Of a stretch of DNA of 64,000 nt, positions 36,424-50,661 are shown one piece after another. Numbering within the stretch: position 1 is the stretch's first letter; each line of letters starts with the position of its first letter. The notes beneath the pieces are model-generated. The model saw only the letters and a list, made by a program, of their open reading frames with translations, did no database searches and had not been told where the DNA came from. The position numbers and the translations under genes were made by a program. Where the stretch lies: positions 3,100,001 through 3,164,000 of the forward strand of contig OZ281498.1 of NCBI GenBank assembly GCA_965637545.1, given 5' to 3'. Source of the stretch: Phallusia mammillata. Its lineage: Eukaryota.

Positions 36424-39054
36424 TTACATCGACCGAGTGCTTGCATGAGAAGGGCAGTGGTGGAAACGAGGGCAAGAAGAGCAAAAATGGGATGGCGACT
36501 CAAGGAAAGGAATGTCGAAAAGCACCGCGACCACAAAAATCCGGTAGTGATGGAAAAGCCGCGCAGTGGAAAGCAATGACAGTATGATATAAGCATAAAA
36601 GTATTCCTTCTTGTCGGAAGGGAGTAAGAGGTTGTAAGTGCAGGCTGGCGCGTGGTCACGCGGTAGTGACGTTCCTCCGGTCACATATCCGCGACCGACG
36701 CACATTTTTATTCGTTCAGCCACTAATCGGTTCCGGCAGTTTGGTTTGCACCTCTGGCGCCACGACCTCACCGCCCTTACAGCACTTGTCATTATCTGGG
36801 GAATACCCTCGCCTAGAAATCAAAGCGACCATTGGTCAGAAGTTTTGCCACGAAACAGCCGTCGGTTATTTGCATTGCATGGCGCAAAATTTAGTACCCA
36901 ATTATTTTACTCTGGAGCAATAATTTATGTCACATAATGAATTTCCTTAATTGTGCGCGAGCAGTAGCATTCGTTTAAGCTTGAGCATGACAATCACCAC
37001 CTATCGCTGGTTAAGGTTACAGCTCGTATCACTTGATTAACAGCGTCAGAATTACGTGTCACGTGTTAATGCATACGCACCCTTATCTGTCACACCTGGT
37101 CAACAACAAAAACCTATTTATTTCGGCAACTTTGACTAACCTCATTGAAATCACGCAATATGCAGTTTGCAGGACGAGCATTACGCCCAACAGGCCAATG
37201 CAAAAGAAGAAACCTAATTGGAAGTTTACTGACTCCTCGCTCTTCGAATCGGTGCCACTCAGTACTGGACTCTATACACATTGTACATGACGTTTGCCGT
37301 GGAATAATTTGTTGACAACCATATGTTACGCATGCGCTTTCCATCGCGATGACACAGAGATGGTGTGATGAATTAATGAGCGACTTGTTTGGTTCTTTGT
37401 AGTTCGTTAATGCAGCTACGAGTCAGTGACGCACCGCTCTACCGCCGGTGACGTACAAGGCCACTCATTATGACCAAAACAAGAAATCCAGGGCGGCTTT
37501 AAAATGTTAAAAGATTTTGCGCATGCAGTGGGTCAATTAATTTGTGTTTTTGTTTCAAACGTAGTAAAATGACTGCTTTTGGCTGGTTTTGATAAGTGGG
37601 AATTCACCACTTTTTCTGCCAAATTTGTGCTCAATGGCGCACGAAAGCAAGGTCGCCGTGTGAAGAGGACGAAAAACCCGCAGACAGAAACGTCCGTCGT
37701 CCTATGTAAGGCCCGCGTCATGCAATGCAAATTGTCTTGAAAGCTAGGGAAAAAGCTCCGACGGCAGTTGTTTGAAAGCACAAGCAGCATTCGAAGATTT
37801 CGTATCGTTATAGCCATGCAAAAAATGAATTAAAAAGTTTTGCACGGATATTTAACCAGTGAATGACTGATACACATTTGCAAAATAACTTGCTCTAAAA
37901 TTAGATACAGTTCGGTTCCAATTGATTTTTGTTATATGAATAAAGGCAACTCAACTTACCGATTTAAAGAGACAGCGATCTCCAGTGAAACCCTTGTAGC
38001 ATCTGAACAAGACAGTAGATTTTAAAACTTTGTCACATTTATTGCATCCTTGTTTTATTGCAACAACTTACTTGCAGAAGGGTTGGGGATTTTGGGTTCC
38101 ACGGTCAATCACACAAAGGCCACCGTTTGCGTTACAAAACAACTGCTCCTCCTCGTTACAAGCTTCCTCAGTTAAAGCTGCAAGGGAATGTTCATGATAA
38201 TATTTCGCGTTGCTGGTATTTTCTCAAGAAAGCATCTCAAACAACGGTATCTAATGTCCTTTATGAATTTAATAGGTCACCGAGAATCCCGGGGGAGTTT
38301 CATGGTAATTAAACGCCATTATGCAGAAACATAACCATATGAAAAAGCTGCAGTAACGTGCTTTGCATTCCAGGCACTAAAACTCATGGCCCGACAGCTT
38401 TCAGAGATTTGAAAAGTGTTCTGTAGTGTTATAATCGTATATTGAGAGCCACTGAAGATTTGCAAGTCGTTAGAAAATCCATATACTTACGTCTACAATC
38501 TTCGTTGCAGATACCTTTGCAAATCGGTGTAATTGGCGCTTGTATTAAGCATTCTCGAGAGCGCCGACAAAGCTCGTTGAAGTGAGTCTTTTGTACTCTG
38601 CAAAAAGACAAATCGTCAAACATATTTACTTATCAGTCGGCCGCTAAACCATTTTATTGTCTAATTTAGTAATATTCCTTAGCTCGAAATTTGGTATTAC
38701 TTACCCTCTTTCGAGGCCACAAACGGCGTCCATCGGCAAAGCTATGTAACAAGGCATGGAAGGACATTCGCAAATGTATCGCTCGGCGCCTATATCGTCC
38801 AGGGAAATTTGCGCTATAGATCGTGCAGGAACGCAATTGCCACCAAAGCCACACGTGGAAGGGTCGTTGGGGTCGCAAAAACTTGCCTCGACTTTGACCA
38901 GGAAACTGAAGATTATCAAGACCGAGGCAAATTTCTGGGCTACACAAAAAAGTCTTGTCCCCCTCCGGCAACCAGATGCCCTGGTGCATACCCTTTCAGC
39001 TTGTGCATTAATGCCGATCCTGTCCCCCGCTGTTTGATATTGGTTGTCATGCAT
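36424..39054 (-). CDS. Secreted or membrane-associated follistatin-type (FOLN + Kazal) domain protein, 3 exons, about 281 aa
   Basis: Exons 39054-38705, 38597-38491, 36812-36424, phases 2 and 1 consistent. Hydrophobic signal-like FASVLIIFSFLVKVEA, then CDPNDPSTCGFGGNC...ICEC...C...VCG...THFNELC...EC...KGIC, and a hydrophobic C-terminal stretch. Confidence 0.78.
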
Positions 39055-42000
39055 TGCTTCTGGTAATTAATCCAAATTTGAATTGAAAGATTTCTATAAT
39101 GTATACCCTCGCTGAAATTCACAAAAAAAACTTGTTCACCACTGTATGCAAACCGACAATATCCCAAAGTTTCACAAAACACTTTAGACCGCCAAACCGC
39201 TTTCAATCAGCGAGCCGAGATATGACACCTATTGCGATAAAACTTGATTGTGGGCAAGTGAAACGATACCGGCAATCGGATAAAACGGCTCTAGCTCCAG
39301 GCGCAAATCGCAAACACACTATTCGTCGACATCTGTTTCGCAATTACATCGCACTTCTCTAACGAGCGGCGTGAAAAGGGTGCAACACCCGGTCGGTCCG
39401 ACTCATTGTTCAAGCTCCACTGCTAATACCCAATTGAACTGAGCACGCCCCCGAGGTAAGGCGTATGCTCAAATTAAGAAAAGGCGCACTAACGGCGATC
39501 ACTAACAATCGAAATCGCACTTACGTCCTATTATCCTGGCTCAGCTGCATATCTTGGATGCGCACGCGTTGCCCGATTGCAAGCAACCACTATAATTTGA
39601 CTCGGCGGCCTGGTTGGCCGAATTTCAGTCAGTTTCACTGCATTTTAAGTGGCCCAATGTCGCGCTATGCAGCGTAGGCACAAGACAGTAACCTGACCTC
39701 TTTCGACAAACCGGGTGGACTGAGTTATATCACAAGTCCATGCGACCTCAACAACAGACTGCCTTATCAGCTAAATTTCTCTCGCTTTTATTCCCACCGA
39801 GCTAGCATCTTCTTTCTTCTATTTTTGTGGCAAGGAACCCACTTTGAGCATCAACAAATTTAGGCACTCACGTACAGCCGCAAGAGTGCGTAAAAATCTA
39901 GTTTGCCATTGGCCCCGTTCTTGCGCTACAACCTATTCTAGCCCCAGGTCCTCACTGTTTTGTGTGTTTCCACGAGCGCGTACCTTCTTCTTCACTCCAA
40001 GCTTGTGGGAAGAAATATAACGAGCGACAAAAGTGAGATTGACTCAGCTCCAATCTCCGGCGCTTAAAGCGTATCGCAGGTGTGTATTGATTTCTTTTGA
40101 CTGTGTTAACGCAGAAGTCACAAATACATAAGCGGAAGCACGCTGTAAGAAAATACTAATGATGGCGTGAAATATAGTCGTAGCACGGCAAGGAAAAACA
40201 GGACGTTTTTCAAAAACCTGCTAAAGCAAGAAACCGAGAGATTTAGAAACAAGATCCTTTGAATTTATCGGCTGTAAAAAAGCGTCACCAATCCTAAGTG
40301 TGCTTTTCCGGCTATTAATAATGCATGGACAATATGTACGAAAATCAAAGATTCGTTCATTACACAACCTTGCCACGACACGGCGTCGACGCGACTCCGA
40401 TTTCGGGTGAAATATTAATGGGGGACTCGAATTTCTCAAGTGTCCGACGGGGCACGTCAACCAGCTCCTGTGCTATTAAGTAGGGATTATATGCACCAGA
40501 GAGGTAAGTTTCCGAAGACGGCTATGAAACCTGGAATACCTACATATCTCCTTGATCTGACGTTGAATCACCTGTTGTGGTTGACCTCCGCTCACTTTCT
40601 CTAAAGGACTATTCTCCCATTCGCGCCAACGTAACAGCGTTATCTAACTTTACTGTTTATGACAATAATCTCCACATACGTAACCATGTTATTGTATGTC
40701 TAATAGCACCCTGACCGACAACAGTCTACCATATTATGTTACTTTAATCGTGAGATTTACTGTTTGATTGAGACTTAGTTTTGTCGACTACTTGGGCGGG
40801 TAAAAATAATGCTTTTATGGGGAAAAATGTCTGTAATTGACAAGTAGCATGGTATGACGTCATGAGTAAGGATAACGCGGACGAAATGTTGGTGACGCAA
40901 GGTCGTAAAACATAGTTGGAAGCAGCTGCAAGTCATCATGTATTGGTGAATAAAGTTCCAAATGACCATTGTAAGTTAGGGTGAACGATGAAACAGAATC
41001 GAAATAGTAGATTTTCGTAAAACAGATACATAAAATGACATAGCTGATATGCGATACTCAACAACCGTTTCTGTTTGCGAACGTACATGTCGATTAACCC
41101 ATATAGCGAATTTCGAATTCAGAACACCCCACTGCCTAAAATGTGAAAATTAACTGCAGAAAATTTCTGACATCTGATTTACCAATCTGGCACGTTGTGT
41201 TGGCTTGTTGGTATGAACCATTTCGGCTTGCACCTATAAACGCTTTCTACCTTCATGCAAGTTAGAGAAATATACGTTTTTACCTATAACTACTCGATAT
41301 AACCTCATTCCATAAGCTTTCTGACAAACGTTGCTTTGAGCGGGGGTTATAACACAATGACTTAGAAAAAAGCCAGCCCGATGACGTCAACCGTTTGCTC
41401 AAACGTCGAATGACGAAGCATGAACGGCTTGACGCATTTGCAGCAATATTTTTGATACGCGAGGGAGGTGTTTTATTGCCCTATTTAGAAGCAACGAATG
41501 TCGCAACCAATTCATATTTTTCAGTCGAAACTAACACATATGGGCTGTTCATGATCATCAACTCGATTTGTCGCTGACAAGGGCGCGGTGAGGTACGACC
41601 TCAGAACTAGCTCATCAAAGCAAGAAAAAAACCGCGTCGCTGTGCAGAACGACGAGACTTTTTGAGTCAGTATAGGCCACCAAGAGCTACACTTTCCACG
41701 CCCAAATTAGTGGCTATAGACATGACCTCACAGGAACCGATATGACCTGCCTGACATAAAATTTGACTTCTTGCGGTCTGAGGCGATAATCACCTTGTTG
41801 GTAGATTTTGCAACTTGATTACCGACGTTATGTACAGTACATAGATCTGCAACATACGATTTGACGTCAATTAAAGACGGATTTTTGAGCAAGCTCGATT
41901 TTAGCACTTTAACTTAAGGAAAACGTTTGCAATAATCCCATTAGAGTCAAATTTTCCGATTCTTAATCTATACACAAGAAAGTTGGCATTTTGTTTTTGC

Positions 42001-45000
42001 ATAAGTAAAGACAAAAAAAGTTAAACATACATGATGATGTTTGCCTCGAATCAACGAAGCTACAATTTTGTCGATGGTTTATGTCGACCTCCGGTTCAGC
42101 TGCAACGGGGAATATGCGACTGCAAATTGGCCACGTCCCACGTATTCACCGCAATATTTGCAACGGTGTTTTGTTGTGGGCCAACGTCTAGTTTAATTCT
42201 AATTCCTAAAATTCATCAACGTTTTAATTTAGAAACACTTACCAAATTTGAGTCCACTAAACGTTGGTTTGGGCACTATTTTGGGGTTTGTATTTTGAAA
42301 GGACCAATATGGCCATTTCCATGTTTACTCTCCTAATTTTTTTAAATGGCATGTAGCCTGTATCACGTTTGCATCAAGTAGCTGTTGTTTTAGGGCAAGT
42401 GGAACCGGTACAACGTCATTGCAGGACTAAAATCACCATTTAGGGTTTAGTAAAATTCGCGTTGCTTAAGCATTACCTAAACGCGGCAGTTTTATTTCGT
42501 GCGAATTTTGGGTAATTAATTCTTTCTATCAATGAAAGTGTGCAATTTGCAAACATTTTGCCCACCGGTATGACGGGTTATATTGGTAACATGTGAGTAT
42601 TATATTCGCGTATTATCTAATCTAAACAGTATAATTGAGAAACGTTAGTCACGATTTGTCAAACAGCTAAATGGTTATTTTTATAATCCGAAAGAAAAAT
42701 TCTGCATCCGAAAATACCAAACCAACATGCAGAGGCATGTATGTAACCTTGCTATATTTGTACAAATGTATCTGAAACGAGGTGTTTGCGTGAATACAGT
42801 GCGAGATATAAAAATAAAAATTTAAAAGTTGATTTGACTATGTTTAGATGTACCACGGACAGACGTGAATTCACGTTGGTGCTGCATTGAGTTTACACAT
42901 GTAAGGTAAGAAAATGGGATTGATCTATTGTTGGATAAACGCCGCATTTAGATCAGTGTATTTTTTGGCCAGTGCTGAGTATAAGTTCACCGTGTAAACG
43001 TTAAAAAATCTAACACAACATACAACGATACGCGTACAGGCGGACGACTGTGGATTGTTTCATGAAATGCAAATACTGTAACTTGTTACGACGAATCGCT
43101 AGTTACTGGTTTTCCACGTGTGCACACACCAATTTCTTATCAACCCAATTACAATACACCTTAGTTTGTTAGGGTACTTTTTCGCCAATTATCCCTTATT
43201 TTTAAAGCTGAACTAGAGAGTTGCGATTCGGTGAAGTTGGGTGTTTATAAATTTAACACTCTACTGACACCTAGTTGTTAATTTTCAAAGTACATTATCA
43301 ATAATTAACTGGCAAACAGCTTCTAAAACAAAGGCGCCATCCAATTTTAAAAAATTGATAATAATGAAGAAAGTTTTGCACCGCATTGCGTTTATGAAAC
43401 CGCCGCCTAAAACAAACTAATACAAAACTCTCTAACCTAATTAAAGTAATGCTGTATGGCCTGTAGTTATCGTTCAATTTCCAAGCCCAAGGTATAAACG
43501 TACAGAAATAATGGGTGACATGACTTGATATTTTTTTCGAAAATTTGGGTGTGGGGTGTTACGTAAATGGTGTGAATCACGTTCAACATGTACCGACCTG
43601 CCTGCCACGGCCGCATCTTGCACAAAATTATGACAATCGTGCATGCAACTACCAATTGTAAAATGCGGTACAGGCTATATAAACCTGCAAGCTGTGGCCG
43701 CAAAAACAAATCTCAAGTCCAATTTCAAAATATGTGCAGAGAATTTTGTGTGAATAAGATATAAAAGACTAATAATTTTGAAGACAAAATTAAAACTTCA
43801 TAAAACAACATTTAGATTATTTTAATTTAAAATTAGGATAGAAATTTTAAAAAAGTCTTAGGTGTTTTGGCGGGTGTTTTTTGCGCTTATTTTTCAGAAG
43901 CTTTTGGTAGTCGTGTGTTTGAAATGTGAAAAAAAGGATTCAGCTAGGGGGGATGGTGTATCCGCCGCAGTTGGTAGGGTTTCGGACGAAACCCGATCGG
44001 GCGATGTCGAATAGTGTGGATCCGGTTTGTACGATTTACGGTGAAATGGTTTTGGTTCCTGCCCGAATTTCAGGGCTGACCACGGCCCAAAAAGTAAAAT
44101 TTAACTGAAGCTGCACCAAACCACTGTGCGATGGCGTAGCCGAGGGTCGGCGACTTTCATTGCGTGGAAAATCATGAAAGGTAAAGGAACATGTCGTGTA
44201 AAGGCGGCACCGTTTTAACGACAGGGGAACATATTTAGGTAAAGGGAGGGGGATCGATCAAAACGGAAGAAATGACCGGTTACGTAGAATCAACAGCTAG
44301 TTATCCCTTAACACTTAACGCCTCCTGAAAGTGTGTGGATTCCACACATAGCACTGGAGAACACGTTTTCGCTCACCGAAGTTGTTACTCGCTCTTTCGG
44401 GACACTCTTTACATAGGGACACAAATTACTCCGCTAGGCCGTTGACCCAAAGGTGATAAGAAGCGAGTGCTTCCAAGCAAGCCAGGCCAAAAAAGCAAGC
44501 CAAAAGTCTTGGATGTAGCAATGCAGGGGGGCAATTATCTTTGAAACCAAATGCATGTAGTGAAGAGCGGTACTTAGTGGCAACATGATGTACGCATTTG
44601 TACTCTTTTTTTACTCTTACCCGAGTTTAAACGAATGGCAGGCCTAATAGTATTTAATTAGATCAACAATCAAGTTTTCAAAGACACAAAATCCAATAAT
44701 TTCGGCGATTCAAATCAAACAAAAGAATTCGTGAAAGAGACATGGGCCAAGGGCTATTATTCACAAAAAAATAAAGATTATACTTAACAAAATATGTTGG
44801 GATGATGCTATTTGTAAAAACATCTACATTTATTGATAAATTAGTGAAAATTTACAGCACATATTTTGGTTATTTTACGAACGAGTTATCATCGCATCAG
44901 AAATTGATTCCTAGCGCATATTTACCACATATTTTATTTCACTTTGGTTTACTTTTAGATCTAAGCTCATCAGAATGAATAATCCCGGCTACTACTTGAC

Positions 45001-46579
45001 GTTATTTTGACCGGAATATAAAGGTAAAATGTTTATTGTCAAATAGTGTTTAGGTTATCAGGGAATGTGGCTTAAAACCCATGTTTCATTACTTTAAGTT
45101 TTACCTTAAAAGAATGTCGCCAATTTAAGTTTAACTCAGTGAGCCAGAGGAAAAACTGCATGAGAGTACTTTCAATTTGACTATTTTTATACATTTTCAA
45201 ATACTAATTTAATCAAAAAAATATTTGTTTAATAAGATATTTATGTCTTTACCCAACATACGTTACATGCTTTAAGTCCATACTACCTATAACTTAAATC
45301 CACAGTATGCGTAGCCTACTTGTCTTGCGGCCGGCCGTGTTTGTTTTATTTTTATCTCCGATGGATGCTCATCGCCTGAAAGAGTTATGCGCACAACGAG
45401 ATTCCTGACAAGCAGTCCAATGTTTATTAAAGGAAAGCAAGGATCGAGGCTGGGTTTGAACCGACAAATTTGTAAGCGCATGGCGGTTGCGCTCAATTTT
45501 AAACATTTTTGTAAATCGGTCCATTTTGCCAATGCAACGTAACTGAAGAACCCTCTTTAACTGAAGAAAAGGTCTTATAGCTTTTTTTAGCTTTGCTATT
45601 TCTTTCACAAATAGGTAGCCTGTTACATTACACTGCGTCCTAAAAGCACAATCTAATTATCGAACTTTACTGCTTGCATATTTGCCAACACGGCGCGAAA
45701 AGGAAATTACGTAAAACCAATTATATTCTGTATAGTCACATAAAACTCTTTTTGTTGTAATGGTCATAATGTAACCCAAAACAAGTTTAAAAGATAAAAA
45801 CAACTGCGCTAAATACTCGGCTTTTGTGGAGGTAGCCCTCATCTAGCTATTGTAAAACCAATGTTTAGTTTGACACACATTTCTATTGTCAAAGTATGCT
45901 GTTTTTTTGTTTGATATTACTTCCTCGGTTTTTTTTAATGTTTCCCTTAGAATAGAATGTTAATCCCGCTGCGTCACTTGTTAACAAACAGTTCCAGTCA
46001 AAAGTAAACACAAACTTATTTTCCAACTGCAGTTTGTCCATCATAACATTAAGTAGTGTTAACTTCAGATTGCTACGCCCGACTGTACAGACCGAACTAC
46101 CTGGAACTATCCAATAATTTGATCCCAAGCGTTGGTACCGCATACAAATGTTATGGAGACCGCATACAAGCACTTTATCCGCTTTTTAACTTTTCCGTGT
46201 TTCTTTTTATCTGTAAGTTTGTTTATTCTAGCCTTATTTACTAAAACGTGTGGAATTTCTTCCATGAACGACATGCGGACGTCCAAAGCAAATAGGGGAA
46301 TATTTGAACTTGCTAGATTGTAAAAAAAAAACATATTTAAGATGGACTATTATGTTGTTATCTTCCTTGGCTTGGAATTACCTCTAACAGGAGTAAATGT
46401 TTGAAAAAGCGCACGTGGAGCGAACTTGTGTTAAAAAAACCTGGACGATCCACATATAAATAGGTCGAGCTACTTACACAATAACTCACGTCAGCAGCAC
46501 ATTTAACAATTTTCGGTAGGTGGCGCAGGAGCTGAATTATTTATTTAGCGGCTAAAGAGGGGTAGAGTATAGAGTTGGA

Positions 46580-46681
46580 CAGGACCTTGGTCCGATGGTC
46601 TCGCGCGCCTGTTCCACATACAGACATAAAAAAATCTTGATCGGGATTCGTCCCTGGCAGTGACCCGGGTTCGAACCCCGT
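46580..46681 (+). mobile_element. tRNA-derived SINE, copy 1
   Basis: A-box-like TGGTCCGATGGTC and B box GGTTCGAACCC; closely similar to 61007-61118; no acceptor stem. Confidence 0.8.
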
Positions 46682-46908
46682 ATTAAAGATAGGGATAGAG
46701 TCGGGAAGTAAGTTTTCATAAATTTTACATTAAGAACTAAATTTGTGGGTTAGTTTCATTTAATTTTTAATGATAATACTTTACCTAACCCCAACAGCCC
46801 TAACCGTAGGCATAGTTTATGGTGTTAGTAGATTTTCCAGTGAAAAAAAGGAAACAACTTCCATTAAAGGTTGATTAACAAGAAAAAATCAGTGGCAATC
46901 AACTACAC

Positions 46909-47125
46909 CAGTGGTTCTCAAACTCGGTTTTCGGGGCCGCATGCGGCTCTTAACTACTTATATTGCGGCTCGCAACAGACCTCAGAAAACCACCAAACAT
47001 TGCTATTTTAGCTTTCAAAGTCATCTTCTTTAGTGATTTTCTCAAGGTATCGTTTTTTTGCGGCTCCCTACACACTTAAAAAAATACCATTTGGGCCCGA
47101 CAATAAAAAAGTTTGAGAACCACTG
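46909..47125. mobile_element. hAT-type MITE, 217 bp
   Basis: CAGTGGTTCTCAAACT...AGTTTGAGAACCACTG; TSD AACTACAC / AACTACAG. Confidence 0.9.
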
Positions 47126-47390
47126 AACTACAGTGTGGTGACCAACTTTTTTGCAAGGTGTTTACTGTTAGACATTGTTTGTGTTTCCCTTAAACAGACA
47201 CAAAAATGGATTGCATCATTAATAGGCAAAAATTAATCAAAACAAGTCACAGACATTTGTAACTGTAAATTTATTTTGAAAAAAATTAAATCATCAGGTG
47301 AAAATCTGCAATTTGTAGGTAACCAAACAGTGTAATAGTGATATTAGTGAACTTCAAATTACTGCATCAATGAAAAGATACAAATCAATC

Positions 47391-49461
47391 TCATGCTATA
47401 ACTTCGCTTCGTTCTTTGCAGACCACATAGAAAACAATAGTTGCCACAATCAGAGCAAGCAACTCTGAACGAATCCATAATTTTGATGAGAGACCCTGTT
47501 ACAAATTTGTCATTGTTACAAAACTGAAAAATATCTTTATTTAGTCAATTAAATTCGTACCGGATGTTTAAATTCAACCTGAAACAGTTCTTTCACAGAA
47601 TTTATATCCTGGGAGCTTCTGATTGCTTTTCTCAGATTAGAGTAGCCTTCCTCATCAAAGAATCTTTTACAAATAATTGTGATTTATTTTAAACTTAATT
47701 AACAAATTTTGCACAGTTACAATTATTCTTACCTAACTTTGTACATTTTGCTTGCTTGGACTAAAGAACTGCTAGTCCAGCTAACTTGAAAGTTATTTCC
47801 TTCTGGGGATTTTGTGACTGGAATTTGTGTTCCCTCAACATCAGCAAACAGCAGCAAATCCTGCCAATTGTTGTTTCAATTACTAGTACATTATGTTTTT
47901 GCACTTAATGATAAATATGTAACAGGTAATATGAACAGGTGGTGAACTACCTTAGCTGTTAATCAAATGACAAGCAACTTCCAAACTATAGAGCATGGCA
48001 GTTATATGTTTAAACTTTTTTAAACTGTTTGCAAGCCATTTTTTAGGACAAAAAACTATTTTCTTGCATTCGGGTTCTGCAAGTGCACAGATAATAAGAA
48101 ATCTGAATGTTTCGTAACATGAAATAGGAATTGTTTAATTTGTTTTAAATGTTACTATTTCACTATATTATTCAACATATTATTCCACAAAGTTGTTTTA
48201 CAACATGATTGTTTCCAAAGGCACAATAGGCAATAAATTTTTGCATTAATGTTAAACCCAGAGTGACAGATCCTAATAAATAAACCTTAGAACACCCTTG
48301 TTTTAAGGGCATGAAAATAAAAAAATAATGTGATGATATATGTCTTCTTATTTTGCAAACATTATACTTTCAGCAAAAGATGTTTGAAACACTAAGAACG
48401 TGGTTTAAAAAAGCTACTATAAAACATGACTACAACAAAAGACATAAACAAAATGCAGGTAAAGTTATAAGCAAAACTTCAATTGCCCCCACATACGATC
48501 TGCCCCTTTTGAAAACTGTTGCTTAAAAGCCTAACTGGAAAACACTGAGGCTATAAGAATAAAAAATGCTTATTACAACAATAGCACCTGTAAACAATAT
48601 CCTCATGCTACACAGAATAGAGTATAAAACTAAGTTATGTGCCTTTTGGGAAGGAGTGCATAATAAATTAAATACTGGATATCAAGCTGACTTTTACACA
48701 CCAGTGGACAAGTAAAATAGCAAGTGGCAACAATTATTATGTGAATGGAACCTGTGTCACATAAATGTTGACACTAAAACATTTGGATACTTAACAAATG
48801 CATTGGCTGTAGAGGTTTGGTACTATTTAAAACAGCTTGCTCGCTGCAAGCTAATAATATTTTTCATATCTTAAAAACGCAGGAGCTTCAAGTAATTAAA
48901 ATAACACTATTATCTAACCTCTGATACCTAGACTTTGCACAGGCTAAGTACATGCAAAGTAGACTAAGCGGATTGTAGTTTTACATGGCACGCCAGACTG
49001 TCTCTTAAACAACAACCTACACTTAATTTGGTCAAAGTGTTTGAAAAAAAACATAGTTTTGGCACACAAATTCTTTAAAAGCACTATTTTTAAGCTAAGA
49101 TATATAATTTTGCAGCGGTTGAACTGCTGCTCTTGGTTACTTACATCAACCTTGTTTTTGCATTTAAGTGTAAATTCAACAACAACCGCTGAACTTTGAC
49201 TTAATTTTTCATTGTTGCTTGTGTAATGTGAAAAGGAGGGAGTTGGCTGTACGCAAGTGTTTGCTGTTGCACCTGTGGAAGAAAAATCGGCGTCAATAAC
49301 CAATGTACATTTACAACTCAAGATTTTAAAGATATAAACCAAACAACATTAAAGACTGTAAAGTTACAACTTCTTTGCCTACGGTTTTTGAAAGAGAGTC
49401 ATTGCATACCTCCAAATAGTACAAAAATAAAAGCAAAGTTGATCAAACGCTGGAAACCCAT
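47391..49461 (-). CDS. SSR4: Translocon-associated protein subunit delta (TRAP-delta), 5 coding exons, 171 aa
   Basis: Exons 49461-49410, 49272-49145, 47860-47733, 47663-47561, 47495-47391, all phases consistent. Signal peptide, then CVQPTPSFSHYTS...VEFTLKCKNKV, LFADVEGTQIPVTK...FQVSW, RFFDEEGYSNLRKA, WIRSELLA and a TM helix. Probable 5'UTR exon with a donor near 49620. Confidence 0.95.
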
Positions 49462-50269
49462 GATAATTCCAAAAACCAGATAAGCCGACAAGTGCCTTCC
49501 AAAAAATCTCAAAAAATATTCAACTGCTTCCTAAAAGTATACGTAATCAGTAAATAAAAAAACTTAATTCTAAGGTAATACTAAAATATGCGGTGCGTGA
49601 GGGTAAACTTAAAAAAGTACCTATGTGACGTGTGCTCATTCAACCAAAACAGCATCAGATCCGTTTCTCTCCTGTTCGTTCAAAGTGACGAACAAAATTT
49701 CATTGGACTTCAATAGCACACAGTATGGTTAAATTTTATCCAAACTTTAGTTACGTTTTACGAAAAATATGCCAGGTAATCACAACAAAGTTTCCAAAAC
49801 ACTATAACTTTCAACAATTTACTTGGCTGCTGAGGATTTATTTACAACTTGTGCAAAGCACATTTCAACGTGGCAAAGATTTGTGAACAAAATCTTTAAA
49901 GCTCAGATTTTTGTTAATTTGAAACAAATGTCAAATATTTTAACTAAAAATGGGGTTGAATGTTCAAAACTTTTGACAAAATAAAACACCTGGCCCACAG
50001 CTTTTACACATTTAAGCTTAGTGCGTTTAACTTCAATTTAAGGAGTAGAAGAGGAACTGAGCACGAACCCAGAAACCGGTTTATGCGGTTCTTGTTCATA
50101 CTCAACCAAAACCAAACCGTAAATTACAATTTCCTTAAAACCCAAACCGGAGTTGAATCTCAGATTTTTATTTCCTTGAAATGACTTGTGCATTATTGGT
50201 AATTTATGTTTAATATCTTCCCATTCCACATTATGACGTCAAACTTCCATAAAAAATGCTCCACATTCA

Positions 50270-50661
50270 ACCACTTGCTATATTTGTGACGTAACAGTCA
50301 CTCGATTGCATCTCCTTGCAGTCAGGCGAGGTGTTAGTTTTAAATTGATTGGAGTGCTAGCAGCGTGCGATCCTTCGAAAATATATTTTTGCAAAAAAAG
50401 ACAGATCGATAATGGAGCTAGAGGTTTTCCAGAAAGAATGGACAAACTATTTTTTAGTAAAAATAAGTGATAAACTTGTATGCCTTGTTTGTTGCAAACA
50501 TGTAGCAGCAAAGAAAAAATCAAATCTGGAGCGATATATAAAACCGCTTGTGTGCTTTGGGTATTTTTACACGGAATTTGAAAGTAAAAAAATATTTGGT
50601 CCGCCCGAAAATGTTGTGCAATTCATGCGGCCTGCAGTAGTAAGTAGGTTTCCCACCCCTG
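50270..50661 (+). mobile_element. 5'-truncated copy of the 1216-1779 hAT element with a transposase N-terminal remnant
   Basis: Collinear with ~1400-1779 and ends GGTTTCCCACCCCTG; ORF 50412 MELEVFQKEWTNYFLVKISDKLVCLVCCKHVAAKKKSNLERY matches the FQ.EW..YF...K.VCL.C...A.K..NL.RHY start of Buster/SPIN/GTF2IRD2-type transposases. Confidence 0.8.

Noticed and set aside
43900-44360. Structured RNA at hairpins GGGTTTCG-GA-CGAAACCC and TGTGTGGA-T-TCCACACA
   Set aside because: Isolated short palindromes with no ribozyme core or known RNA family signature.
45287-46334. Minus-strand ORFs downstream of SSR4
   Set aside because: No domain recognised and no consistent splice chain; left unannotated.
46580-46681. 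Functional tRNA gene (also 61007-61118)
   Set aside because: No acceptor stem, no U33, oversized anticodon loop, and an A tail with TSD in one copy indicate a SINE.
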